A DNA stretch of 64,000 bases from IMG/VR virus record IMGVR_UViG_3300028797_000103, positions 23,685-87,684 of that record; one strand, written 5' to 3'. The translations under genes were made by a program, and so were the position numbers. Within the stretch, counting starts at the first letter, position 1; every line of letters starts with the position of its first letter. A model generated the notes under the pieces. That model was not told the DNA's origin. It did no database searches and was given only the letters and a program-made list of their open reading frames with translations. Source of the stretch: a virus (taxonomy: Duplodnaviria > Heunggongvirae > Uroviricota > Caudoviricetes). Positions 35,454 through 45,700 of the stretch are shown in pieces.

Positions 35454-38400
35454 TACAATCTTATTGTTATTTTTGCGGCATATTCATAATTGTCTTCCAA
35501 ATCGGATATGTCTAAAATGTAGTTCCCCTTTACAAGAGACAAAGAGTTTTTGAAATTGTCCACTAATTCAAAATCGTTTAGCTCGTCGCCGGGGTTTGTG
35601 TTGAATTTAAATTTTTTTCCAGTTTTTGTTCTATAAAGTTCAATTTTTGATGTTTCGTCAATGGAAATGAACTTCATTATCGTGTTTTCGATATATTTAG
35701 ATTCGTCAGACACGTTATACAAGTCTATGTTTTTCCATATTGACTTAAACCCTGAAGATTTTGTTATGTAATTTATTATGCTTGACGTTATGTTTAATGA
35801 AACGTTTTTCTTTGATTTTGTATCAGAGTCTTTCCACTCAGTTATATATATTTCATCTATTATTTCACCTGTTTCTTTGTCTTTAGATTTTAAGCATAAT
35901 CCTCTAGAGCCAAAGAATGTATTTTTTTCATAACCAGTTTGAAGAGATGTTTGTGATATTATTGATGAGTCTGAGACTATTTTAAATATATCGTCGTCTT
36001 CATCGAAACAATTCATCAATGGATTCAGGTTCTTGTGTTCCACGATTCCAGTTGGTTGTTGATCCTCGTTTTCTTCAGACTCTATTATTTTATCGTTATT
36101 GTATTTGTATTTCTTCATAAATAACTGATTCACAAGAGATACATCTACAAGTCTTATATTACATCCGTCTAAAGATTTTTCAAATATTGATGATAACCCC
36201 TCTTCATAATAATTAAAGTCAAACATATCTTTAAACACGACTTCTGCGGCAGAAGAATACACGTCATCTTTATCACTAGATTTTGTAAGCAACGTTTCAT
36301 ATTTTGTATTCTCTCTCGTGCCAGCCTCAAGTGCACCCGTATCAAATTCTATAACATTTTCTATATCAGAGAAGTTTTTTGTGCCGGATTGAGATTTTAT
36401 AAATATTCCACATTTATTTTCTTTTAGCAATTCTATTAACTCGTTTGACGTTATTGGTGTAATCTCTATATCAGATTTCATAAATAAATCTGATGGAGCA
36501 TTAGAGTACATATTCTTTTCAACGCTTTCTTGTGTTCTGACAAGTTTCAAACCATCAGAAAATAAAATTGGAGATTCATCATCAGAACCAGACACATCGC
36601 TGTTGTCTGTTATTATGTAATTGTTTTTTAATTCATCTGAAGATGTTTGGTTTCGAGGCTCGTTTGATATCCCCCATTTTAACTTATCTTCTGTGAATCC
36701 GTCGGTTCTTCTCGATCCGTTAAAGAAAATAAACCGTTTTTCTGCGCCGGTGGTGTTTATTTCTTCTAGACAAGTTTTTGATATATTGTCTTTTGGAATA
36801 ATAAAATATGCGCTATCAAATTCGTTTGATGTTAGTTTGGAGAAGTGTGGAAGATTTTTAAATTCTCCGATTGCGCTTCCACCTATAACGGTTTCGATAG
36901 AAGACAGACCAACATAATATATTACTGCAATTTCTTCCTCTACCTCGTCGATTATTAAGTCAATTGGAAAATCATGCGTTGGATTGTTTCCGGCGCAGCA
37001 TATTAAAATAGCAGAATATCCATCATATTTTGCTAAGTCGACTACATTTAAGTTGTTGCTTTTTATTTTTATTTTTAACGAGCTTGAAATGAATTCTATT
37101 GAATCGTTTCCATATTTGTATGCCACAGAAAATTTGTTTTTGGTTGAGCCGTTAAAGTACAATAGATCGGATATTGAGCCTTCGCCATATAAAATGTAGT
37201 CCTTATATTCTATATGATCTTTATAAACAAGATTGTTGTTTATATATTTTGGGTAGGCAACAATGTCTTGATTAAGCTTATTGTTGTCTATTGTTATGAA
37301 TCCTATAAACGATTCGCCTCCATCATAGTCAATAACATTCCTGTAATAATTGCTTATATCAAACATTATTTTTATTTGATTTCCGCTTTTATCTGTACCC
37401 AAGGAATCAAATTTACAACAATAGTTGAATATAAGAGGTATGTCTGATCTGTTTCTTTTGTTTTCTTTTAAATTTGTAAGCAACACTATGTAGTTGTCAT
37501 CGTCTTCTGTTTCGTTTCTAAAAATTTTATATTTGTCAAAATAGTCTCCAATATCGTCTTCTGATACTTGTTCATTTCCCGGATAACATCTAGTCCCGTA
37601 AACGTCGATATCGTTATACTCACCAGCGTATTCAGAAATTGGCTCTCCGTTTAGTTTGTGATCAACGTCAAGAATATCTGTAAAAGGATCCTTTACTGAA
37701 AATATTGAGCACAGCCCGGCGTTTATTGGGTAACTATTGAAAAAATTCAAATATCCTCCAGTTGTATCTGGGGATTTATCATAAAATTTAACCACGTAAG
37801 AATCTGATTCTCCAAATCCAGGGATAGCGAGCGTTTTCTGTCTTACAATTGTTCCGTTTGGTTTTATCTTTGAAACTTCAAAGCCTTCATATATATCATA
37901 GTCACTGCATTCTTCGTTGTCTTTTTTGTCTACTTTAAATAAAACCGTACGAACATTGGATATATCTTTTGTTATATCCTTTTCAATTAAATAAGACGTG
38001 AAGTTATCACCGTTAGTTCTCATTAGCGGTGTGAAAAATGAAGCATAACACAATCGTGTTCCAGAGAACTCAAACCCGAAAGGATACAATATGTCACCTA
38101 TTGAAGACGTTGTTGGGTTTACATATATTTTATACAAATCATCAAACCCGAAAAGTTTTGAATATGATTCGACATATTCAAGCTGTTTTCTTCTTTGAAC
38201 ATTGCTAGCCCCTGGGATTGACGTAACCTTTTCAATAAGAATAAAATCTGTGCATTCCCCAAGATTTGATAAGTTTTCTGGCTGGTTGAAATTTCTTTTA
38301 TATACGATTGAAACCGAATTTATTCCGTTTGTTGAGCACTCTATGGCGTCTGTGTCAAAAGAGTTGAATGCTGTTGCGAGAACTTCAAGCTGTCTTTTTA

Positions 38401-40954
38401 AAATTTCACCTTTGTCCTTTTCAGAATATTTTGATACCTCGCTTCTATATTCAACGTTATATATTGACAACGTGTGAATATTGAATCCATTGTTCGTATC
38501 ATTATGAACTTCACTTATATCAAAATACTTGTTTTCTACATTAGATATTATGACCTCATATATGTCTTTTGAGCTTCCGTCTACATTTATTATTCTAAAG
38601 TGTTCTCCGGGATCCAAAACATCTTCAAATTTTATAGATGCATATGAGCTTGTTCTCATAATATCATCATCTACGCGGATAACTTTTACATGTGAAATGT
38701 TCTCGTACGGTTTTTTAGCATACGTAGACATTAGTTCTGCGGCAGACGAGTCTTGTATATTAAATGATAGCCGTTTAAACTCGTTTGGTGTTGACATTCC
38801 ATATATAAGACTTTTGTTGTCAATTGAAGAATCGGTTGTGTCGCGAGTTTCTCCGCTTGGATTAAAGATTTTTCCAGTAACCTCATAATCAAAGATTGGA
38901 AACCCGTTGTTGTTTATTCCTATACATGAAAAATCTTCACTTTCCCCGTTTAATCTTATGTATAGACCAAAATATGTTCCGAGAGAGAATGTTTCTCTCT
39001 CTGTATCATCAAACATAAACTCTAGGTTGATGATATCTTTACTAACTATTCTATTTCTTTCAAATCCAAGAGTTAGCCAGTTGTTTAGTGCAACCTGACT
39101 TAAAACTTCTCTTGTCAATGCGTTTGATTCTTGGGCTTGTATAACAACACCTTTATCTATAGATATTCCGTTAAATGCATTGTTTCTTGTGTAATCATAT
39201 GTTACATAACAATCGCCAGAATATTCTCTAGATTCTTCGTAAAATTTCCTTATGTAATCACCAAGGTTGCTTCCTTTTCTCATATCATAGGTTTTAACAA
39301 CCTTTCCGTTTTCAAGGAAGTATTTTATATGTTCCGCTGTAGAATACTCATTTTCATCATCATAATATTTTCCATTTTCGTTTGGTTCTACTCTAAAAAT
39401 GACAAAAAAGTCTGGGATTACCTTCTTTATTTTTATAGGAGCAAGAAACGAAAAGTTTTCTGAATACATTTTATCAGAGTTTGTGCGAACTCCGTAATTG
39501 TATAAATCGTAATATTGATCGTTGAGGCTTGGCGCATATGAAAATATATCGTAGCAATAATCTTCAACCTTGAAAATTTCTTCCGATGAAACGTTTCTAA
39601 ATTTTTTCATCAGAGTTTTTCCGTAATATTCGTTTTTGTCTACAGATATTTTTCTAAATGCAGAATTTGAAAGTGTGTTTGAAACCTTAAATGTGTCTAA
39701 GAATATATTTCCATTCGAGTCAACAACAACCTTTATGTTTCCGGTCAGCTTTGGGTTTGCCCTTAGGAGAGCAAACGATGATTGGTTTCCAACAAGTTTT
39801 TCCGGTCTTTGGAGAGCCTGCTCATATCTCCACCCTGATAAAAAGTCATAAGACTCATCATCGTATGGTAGTTCATCGGATCCGTCCTCGCATGTTGCGT
39901 ATCTAAACCAAAAGTCGGAAGAAGAGTCGATGTGAACGTGTATAAACCCACTTCCGTCAACAGCTGTTACTTTATCGACCCACCCGGATTCGTTGTCAAT
40001 AAAAACAGTTTTTGGTTGAGTATTGTTTATCGGTGAAGTTATCAATGTTTTATTTTGGTCCTCATCTTCATTATATGTACTAACATACAATTCTGTTGAA
40101 TACAGTTCGCCGTCGTATATTATTTCAAAGTCGTATTCATATTCTTTTTCTGGCTCAATAGCCGCTGTGTGTATGAGATCTTTATCGAGTGAGTCGTGAT
40201 TTCCTTCAGATGATATGTTGACGGTGAATGAGTTTAATTCTACCGGTTCGGAAACTGATGCTATTTTTATAGTTCTTTCGTCGTTTCCTTCCTCGTCTCC
40301 TTCAATTTCTCGCGGATTTACAACCACTTCAAATATGTTTCCTACAAGTCCATTGTATGATGATGCGTCAATGGCGACAGTAAGCGTTCCTCCGAGATAC
40401 TTTAATCCAGAAAATATTATATTTTCTGTCTTTATTAGAGTAACTAATGCGCTGCTGTTTTGTTGGGCGTTGAGTTTTATTATTCTTCCGGTTTCAAGCT
40501 TCTTTATTCCATTTTGAAATATGCCGGTGCTTGTATCAGAAGATATTGTGAGAGAGATAAGTTTACTACATTTTGTTTTTCCTTTTACATAGAAATGTTC
40601 TCCCTGCGAATCATATAGAATTGAAACTGAATTGTGCGGAGGATTAACAGTTAGACATGAGTCAACCGTGTTGTATGACTCGCTGTCGTTTTCATTTATA
40701 TATGTTCCGATGACTTCATTTGATGGTTCGATGTGTGAATCTACTACATCTATCCCACCGACTTCATACCTGCTAGAATCAAATGTATAAAGAGAATGAT
40801 AAAGGCAACTGTCCGCAATGTTATCTCCGAGCGAATGTCCGTTTACAAACACGCACCCGGCATATCCACCCTGTATTTTAAATCTAGCTTTTTGATTATA
40901 ACGTAAAAATAAATCCGTATTAAAGCTTTGTATCAATGACTTCTGATCATCCAT
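35453..40954 (-). CDS. very large putative virion (baseplate/tail) protein
   Basis: 1833-aa uninterrupted ORF in the late operon; no enzymatic motif recognised. Confidence 0.65.
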   Translation of the reverse strand: MDDQKSLIQSFNTDLFLRYNQKARFKIQGGYAGCVFVNGHSLGDNIADSCLYHSLYTFDSSRYEVGGIDVVDSHIEPSNEVIGTYINENDSESYNTVDSCLTVNPPHNSVSILYDSQGEHFYVKGKTKCSKLISLTISSDTSTGIFQNGIKKLETGRIIKLNAQQNSSALVTLIKTENIIFSGLKYLGGTLTVAIDASSYNGLVGNIFEVVVNPREIEGDEEGNDERTIKIASVSEPVELNSFTVNISSEGNHDSLDKDLIHTAAIEPEKEYEYDFEIIYDGELYSTELYVSTYNEDEDQNKTLITSPINNTQPKTVFIDNESGWVDKVTAVDGSGFIHVHIDSSSDFWFRYATCEDGSDELPYDDESYDFLSGWRYEQALQRPEKLVGNQSSFALLRANPKLTGNIKVVVDSNGNIFLDTFKVSNTLSNSAFRKISVDKNEYYGKTLMKKFRNVSSEEIFKVEDYCYDIFSYAPSLNDQYYDLYNYGVRTNSDKMYSENFSFLAPIKIKKVIPDFFVIFRVEPNENGKYYDDENEYSTAEHIKYFLENGKVVKTYDMRKGSNLGDYIRKFYEESREYSGDCYVTYDYTRNNAFNGISIDKGVVIQAQESNALTREVLSQVALNNWLTLGFERNRIVSKDIINLEFMFDDTERETFSLGTYFGLYIRLNGESEDFSCIGINNNGFPIFDYEVTGKIFNPSGETRDTTDSSIDNKSLIYGMSTPNEFKRLSFNIQDSSAAELMSTYAKKPYENISHVKVIRVDDDIMRTSSYASIKFEDVLDPGEHFRIINVDGSSKDIYEVIISNVENKYFDISEVHNDTNNGFNIHTLSIYNVEYRSEVSKYSEKDKGEILKRQLEVLATAFNSFDTDAIECSTNGINSVSIVYKRNFNQPENLSNLGECTDFILIEKVTSIPGASNVQRRKQLEYVESYSKLFGFDDLYKIYVNPTTSSIGDILYPFGFEFSGTRLCYASFFTPLMRTNGDNFTSYLIEKDITKDISNVRTVLFKVDKKDNEECSDYDIYEGFEVSKIKPNGTIVRQKTLAIPGFGESDSYVVKFYDKSPDTTGGYLNFFNSYPINAGLCSIFSVKDPFTDILDVDHKLNGEPISEYAGEYNDIDVYGTRCYPGNEQVSEDDIGDYFDKYKIFRNETEDDDNYIVLLTNLKENKRNRSDIPLIFNYCCKFDSLGTDKSGNQIKIMFDISNYYRNVIDYDGGESFIGFITIDNNKLNQDIVAYPKYINNNLVYKDHIEYKDYILYGEGSISDLLYFNGSTKNKFSVAYKYGNDSIEFISSSLKIKIKSNNLNVVDLAKYDGYSAILICCAGNNPTHDFPIDLIIDEVEEEIAVIYYVGLSSIETVIGGSAIGEFKNLPHFSKLTSNEFDSAYFIIPKDNISKTCLEEINTTGAEKRFIFFNGSRRTDGFTEDKLKWGISNEPRNQTSSDELKNNYIITDNSDVSGSDDESPILFSDGLKLVRTQESVEKNMYSNAPSDLFMKSDIEITPITSNELIELLKENKCGIFIKSQSGTKNFSDIENVIEFDTGALEAGTRENTKYETLLTKSSDKDDVYSSAAEVVFKDMFDFNYYEEGLSSIFEKSLDGCNIRLVDVSLVNQLFMKKYKYNNDKIIESEENEDQQPTGIVEHKNLNPLMNCFDEDDDIFKIVSDSSIISQTSLQTGYEKNTFFGSRGLCLKSKDKETGEIIDEIYITEWKDSDTKSKKNVSLNITSSIINYITKSSGFKSIWKNIDLYNVSDESKYIENTIMKFISIDETSKIELYRTKTGKKFKFNTNPGDELNDFELVDNFKNSLSLVKGNYILDISDLEDNYEYAAKITIRL

Positions 40955-40975
40955 GACTGCGTTTTTTTGATTTAA

Positions 40976-43363
40976 TTATCTTGCCATTGCAGAAACGTCT
41001 CTAATTACCAAATCCTTAAATTTTTCAAGTATCTCCATCGTTGAGTTCTTTATATTTTGATCCAGTGCCCTTCTGTCATCTTTACTTAAATTAGGAACTC
41101 TTGTGCTTAACGAGTATGTCTTATTCTTAACTTCACCAGTGTTTTCTTCAACGTAAGGAACGTTTATATCCAACGTTGGTTTGTTGTTTTCTCCTGATCC
41201 GGTCAACTGACGTATTGTCTCTGTTAGTTTTCTCAATTTTTCAGCTACAGATGTTGTAGAAACCGTTGTTGTACTACTTTCATCATCTGTGACAATCTCT
41301 ACATATTCTATGTTTTCTGCACTGTGTTTATATTGTGCATTTGAATCAGAAAGATGTGTATAAACACCGGCAGCTGATAATGTTTCTTGGATTGTGACAG
41401 CAGTTATGTCGTTTCGAGCTTCTTCAATAGATGCTGTTGCAAAATCCTTTGATGATAAATTTTCCGGGAAACTTATTATTACAGAGTTACTCCAGTCGGA
41501 TTTTATTGGGTTGTATGGATACCCCGCTTCCGATATTGAGCGAACTTTTATTTCAACCTTTTCTCCAATCTGTATTGGAATGTCAATCTGGTTTATTGTT
41601 ACGTGTGTCCCGTCTTCTTTTTCTTCAACCCATTCCCATAGTCCTGTTGATTCGTTCAATCTTTTTTCAAGGAACGGAGAAACATATAAGTTCCAGTCGG
41701 AGAATACGCCGGTTTGGAAATTTGCGGTTTCTTCAGACGATTCCCTGAAGTTGAATGTATTTAAAGGAGAGCCAGTTTCGTCTTCTTTAATATATCTGTA
41801 CATTGTTTCGAATCCGACCACGCTCTGCTTTCCAGCTTTTATTCCATCCTCATCGTATTCATATTTTGCCGCTGGTATAGCAAAAAATCCCCTTATATGA
41901 TATTTAGGTGAATAGCTTAAAGCGTTTGCTTCGTTCAATATTGTTTTTAACCTGTTAACGGAAGATGAGAATTCGGTTGTTAACGAATTCAGCCTCTGTG
42001 TCTCAGAATCGATTGTATTCTGTGCAACGCTTCTTGCAGATTGATCTGATTCTGTCAGAAGCTTGTTTTGGTTGTCAGAGATAGTTGTCCTCGATGCCTC
42101 TATTTTTGTTTTAATTTCGGCTATTGTTTTTTTAAGTTTGTTATATGTGTCTTGGTCTAACGTCTGTTCAAGTTGTGTGTTTATTTGAACTACTCTCAAA
42201 TCATCTCCAACAAGAATTGGCGCATTCGGTTTGATGCCGTTTATCGATGATATTCTGCCTTCTCGAATTTGACTTATTAAATCTCTTCCAAAATCAGCAA
42301 CGTTTTCGATATAATATTCCCTGAACTGTTTTGTATCGTCATCTTCATATATGAGCTCATTTGTTTTGAAAGCTATCGGATTTGACCAATCTCTTGATAA
42401 AAGGTTGTAATTTTCATTTACACCCTTTACATATAAAACATCGAGTTCGTTTATACCGATTCCAACGCTTATTACCTTTTCCCTGAATGGATCGTTATAA
42501 AATTCCAAAACGTCACCAACGCCGACGGTTTCATAACCAACGGCATATTCAAGATTCAAACTCTTTTCTTTTTGGTTAATTTCAGAAACTTTAAAAAGAG
42601 TATTGTTAAATCTTAGAAGATCCCCGTTTGATAATACATTTCCTGATTCAACAACAACACCATCCTCGTTTATTGTTGAATAGTTTACGGTTGACAAATA
42701 ATATTTAAGTCTACTTATACTATCTATGGATGATTGTTCTAGAGATGAACCGGTAACAACGAACGAACCAACATATTTTTCATATGTAAGAGGAAGCTTT
42801 ACTTCGTCTCGGTCTTCTTTGTACTCAATCATTTTATTATTGAGATATTCAATCATCTCTCCATAGTGAAGGTTTCCATGAAGGATGTTTGTTTCAACAT
42901 CATCTGTAAGTCTATCCTGATCAGTATCTATTATTATTCTATTAACATACACTCGGTCAGAATCGTCGTCTATCTTCTCGGTCAAGTTTACCTTTACTAT
43001 GCACCTTGGATATTGAAGAGACTCAAAGAACCAATTCGGATTTATTGCAAACGTGCTTACATCTACTAGACTACCGACGTTCTTCGGTGGTCTCGATATG
43101 GTTTCTACTTTTATTTTTCTATATGTTCCATCGTCAGTTTCCACAACGCCATGTCCTTTTACAAATGTGGCTATTGTGTTTTCAGCTCTTCTGAGTCTAT
43201 TTGTCACATTTATAAATGAAGGTAATAATATGCCGTCTCCAAAAACTACACTTTCTTCGTTTCCGGTGACAGCTTCACCCATAGCTTTTGCTAGCTCAAC
43301 CATTTCCTTTGAATTTTTGGTAAGCTGTTTTAGATTCTCTTCGTATGAATTAAGATTTGCCAT
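40976..43363 (-). CDS. putative virion protein with coiled coil and FN3-like segment
   Basis: 795 aa; central coiled coil; VEIKVRSISEAG...SDWS resembles FN3; late motif 20 nt upstream. Confidence 0.6.
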   Translation of the reverse strand: MANLNSYEENLKQLTKNSKEMVELAKAMGEAVTGNEESVVFGDGILLPSFINVTNRLRRAENTIATFVKGHGVVETDDGTYRKIKVETISRPPKNVGSLVDVSTFAINPNWFFESLQYPRCIVKVNLTEKIDDDSDRVYVNRIIIDTDQDRLTDDVETNILHGNLHYGEMIEYLNNKMIEYKEDRDEVKLPLTYEKYVGSFVVTGSSLEQSSIDSISRLKYYLSTVNYSTINEDGVVVESGNVLSNGDLLRFNNTLFKVSEINQKEKSLNLEYAVGYETVGVGDVLEFYNDPFREKVISVGIGINELDVLYVKGVNENYNLLSRDWSNPIAFKTNELIYEDDDTKQFREYYIENVADFGRDLISQIREGRISSINGIKPNAPILVGDDLRVVQINTQLEQTLDQDTYNKLKKTIAEIKTKIEASRTTISDNQNKLLTESDQSARSVAQNTIDSETQRLNSLTTEFSSSVNRLKTILNEANALSYSPKYHIRGFFAIPAAKYEYDEDGIKAGKQSVVGFETMYRYIKEDETGSPLNTFNFRESSEETANFQTGVFSDWNLYVSPFLEKRLNESTGLWEWVEEKEDGTHVTINQIDIPIQIGEKVEIKVRSISEAGYPYNPIKSDWSNSVIISFPENLSSKDFATASIEEARNDITAVTIQETLSAAGVYTHLSDSNAQYKHSAENIEYVEIVTDDESSTTTVSTTSVAEKLRKLTETIRQLTGSGENNKPTLDINVPYVEENTGEVKNKTYSLSTRVPNLSKDDRRALDQNIKNSTMEILEKFKDLVIRDVSAMAR

Positions 43364-43383
43364 TTTACGAAATTGCCTTTCTG

Positions 43384-43391
43384 TATTTATT
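43384..43391 (-). promoter_or_regulatory. putative late promoter
   Basis: AATAAATA 20 nt before 43363, downstream of a terminator. Confidence 0.65.
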
Positions 43392-43409
43392 TGAAACTGT
43401 ATAAAATCG

Positions 43410-43433
43410 AAAAATCCGGGGTGTCCCGGATTT
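43410..43433 (-). terminator. intrinsic terminator
   Basis: AAAATCCGGG-gtgt-CCCGGATTTT after the 43441 stop. Confidence 0.75.
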
Positions 43434-43440
43434 TAATAAG

Positions 43441-44949
43441 TTAAGCTTTTATTTTTGCCAGTATAATAGACATAACCTTTCCAACATCGTAGTATTGTTT
43501 TTCCCCGTCTGTTATTAGTAACTTTTCTACAATATTGCGCTCAGCTTCTGTTAGATCTGCATCTTTGTTTATTATTGTTATCGGATATCCATTTGAGTCT
43601 GTTGAAATCTTAAACGCTTTGTTAATTATGGATGATGCCAACGTTGAATCAATTTCTTGAGCATCTTCCCAGAGCTGCCAATAATTTGGGCATCTTTCTA
43701 ACTTTAGATTGTTTATGTCTTTTTCAAAATCATCTATTTTGTTCAATGCAGATATGGCCGCGCTCTTTATGGTTTCATTGTCAGATGAAATCTTGTAAAG
43801 CACCATAGCGTTAGATCTCAACGTGCTTACCGCTTCAGATAGATTTCTTACAATGTCATTAAAATCTGTTGACTCTGAAAAGGCTGTACTCGATTCGTCA
43901 TATATAACGACATCGCCGCTATAAGCTGAAGATGGTTTGATGTTTAACCTAAAAGAGAAAGATGTTCCTATTGATGTGGCTGTTCCTCTTTTTTTGACAA
44001 GTTCTCCAAATTTGTACTTTTCTCCAGTTGTTTTTATAGATTCGTCGAGTATATACAACCCAAATGCGTTTGTTGCTAAAACTGCATTTGTATTCGTATC
44101 ATATATTGAATAGTATACAAGTATTGCGTTGAATGAAAATTCATCTCCAAGTTCACTGTTTATAGCCAAATCATCAAAACTTTCTGCGCCATAAACCGTT
44201 GGGTCAAAAATAACCTCTAAATTTCCACATGACGAATCAACGACATAATTCTTACCGGAATCATAGTGAGCGTTTGGAGATATGCCCGTACTCTTTATTA
44301 CACCGGCGGAAACATCATCTTGAGATATACCCTCTATATAACTGTCTGGATTCGAGGCTTCGTAGCTTTTTCCCTGACTATAATTTTCATCATTTGTTTT
44401 TTTAAACAGTATTGGGGTTGCTCCGTAAGATGATGGAATTTGAACAAAAGTTTCATTGTATATACCATACTCGTCAGATCTTTGAGAACCAGACGATATT
44501 CTTCCCATGCACTTAACGATTGTTGTTTCGTTTGGTTCTGTGTGTTCTGCATAGTATCCGTTGCTAGAATCAACACTTTTTCCAAACGCTTTAAAAAGAG
44601 ACTTCCAAAAAACTCGCTCGGAAACAGTTTTTTCATTTGCATAATTGTATCCGTTTTTATTTCGAATAACAGTTTCCATATTAAGCACTGTATTTTGGAA
44701 AAATTCAGCAAATGTTTTATCGCCAACGACGTGTGGTTCAAGTTCAGGGTCTGAATAATCCATCGTATTGAATGTACTTGAATCAAATTCTGGTATATCA
44801 AGCAGCACATAGTGTGATAACGCCACTTTGTTTATAGTGTCGTTTATGTTCAACCCGATGTCTTCCATCGACGAACCAAATGAATAAAACGTTCCGCCTT
44901 GTGTCCTAGGTTTTATTAGCGGTGTTCTTATGTTTTTATTAGTAGCCAT
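43441..44949 (-). CDS. putative virion/baseplate protein
   Basis: 502 aa; TPLIKPRTQGGTFYSF start, C-terminal coiled coil; late operon. Confidence 0.6.
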   Translation of the reverse strand: MATNKNIRTPLIKPRTQGGTFYSFGSSMEDIGLNINDTINKVALSHYVLLDIPEFDSSTFNTMDYSDPELEPHVVGDKTFAEFFQNTVLNMETVIRNKNGYNYANEKTVSERVFWKSLFKAFGKSVDSSNGYYAEHTEPNETTIVKCMGRISSGSQRSDEYGIYNETFVQIPSSYGATPILFKKTNDENYSQGKSYEASNPDSYIEGISQDDVSAGVIKSTGISPNAHYDSGKNYVVDSSCGNLEVIFDPTVYGAESFDDLAINSELGDEFSFNAILVYYSIYDTNTNAVLATNAFGLYILDESIKTTGEKYKFGELVKKRGTATSIGTSFSFRLNIKPSSAYSGDVVIYDESSTAFSESTDFNDIVRNLSEAVSTLRSNAMVLYKISSDNETIKSAAISALNKIDDFEKDINNLKLERCPNYWQLWEDAQEIDSTLASSIINKAFKISTDSNGYPITIINKDADLTEAERNIVEKLLITDGEKQYYDVGKVMSIILAKIKA

Positions 44950-44955
44950 AATCTA

Positions 44956-45312
44956 TTATCCCTCGTAAATGGATTGAATTGTTTCTTTTGGTATAGCCTG
45001 TATGCGTTCAACCTTTTCTTCCAATAACTGTAGCCTTCTCACGATGTCGCTATAGTCCATATTTCCATTGTCTGTTGATATAACAAGATTTCTTGCTTTT
45101 ACCGTTGTTGCGTTCAGATATGTGCAGTCTATGCGGTTTATGTTTGATATGTCTCCGTGAGTTGCATCCGTTGGAGTATAGAAAGAAAATATCGTGTTGA
45201 CTAAAAGCGCCAACGCGTTGTTTATAATTCTTGGAATGTCAGTGATAAACGTTTTTACAGATAACGCGTGTTTCAATGACTCAAGTTGCGTTTTTCTCTG
45301 ATTTTCAGCCAT
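44956..45312 (-). CDS. hypothetical late protein
   Basis: ATG 45312 preferred over TTG 45321 because it gives the usual 21-nt spacing to AATAAATA. Confidence 0.6.
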   Translation of the reverse strand: MAENQRKTQLESLKHALSVKTFITDIPRIINNALALLVNTIFSFYTPTDATHGDISNINRIDCTYLNATTVKARNLVISTDNGNMDYSDIVRRLQLLEEKVERIQAIPKETIQSIYEG

Positions 45313-45333
45313 TGTTAGCAATTAAATTTTTAT

Positions 45334-45341
45334 TATTTATT
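45334..45341 (-). promoter_or_regulatory. putative late promoter
   Basis: AATAAATA 21 nt before 45312. Confidence 0.6.
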
Positions 45342-45366
45342 CGATTATAGCGTTAATCCTATTTTC

Positions 45367-45374
45367 GATAAATA
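45367..45374 (+). promoter_or_regulatory. possible late promoter in tandem with a host-type promoter
   Basis: GATAAATA 30 nt before 45405 (atypical spacing). Confidence 0.35.
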
Positions 45375-45382
45375 ATAAAAAT

Positions 45383-45395
45383 CCGTATATTTGCA
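45383..45395 (+). promoter_or_regulatory. Bacteroidetes-type promoter -7 element
   Basis: CCGTATATTTGCA before the SH3-uvsX-uvsY run. Confidence 0.75.
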
Positions 45396-45404
45396 AAAAC
45401 TATC

Positions 45405-45689
45405 ATGGAACATCTTGATGAAAAACAATCTGCTATAAAGAAAAAAATAGAATTGAGACGCTTGAAGCGTTTGTTGAAAAAAGGAGAAGTGTCGTTTTCT
45501 TATAAGAAAAAGGATGGTTCAACAAGGCACGCAGTCGGAACACTTAAGATTTCTTTGATACCAAAGGAAGACAGAGCTGACGACAGACTTACAAAACAAA
45601 ACAAAGACGTTTTCAATTATTACGATTTGAAAAAAGAAGATTGGCGTTGTTTTTTGAAAGACAATTTCAGGAAGATAGAAGAAAAATAA
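45405..45689 (+). CDS. SH3/Sm-like beta-barrel protein (T4 gp61.1/WYL_2-like)
   Basis: GEVSFSYKKKDGSTRHAVGTL...YYDLKKEDWRCF. Confidence 0.7.
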   Translation: MEHLDEKQSAIKKKIELRRLKRLLKKGEVSFSYKKKDGSTRHAVGTLKISLIPKEDRADDRLTKQNKDVFNYYDLKKEDWRCFLKDNFRKIEEK

Positions 45690-45700
45690 AAGGAAATAAA

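Noticed and set aside
30984-40954. Diversity-generating retroelement acting on the fibre-like genes
   Set aside because: No reverse transcriptase and no template/variable repeat pair seen by eye; a self-alignment of the full genome would be needed to exclude one located elsewhere.
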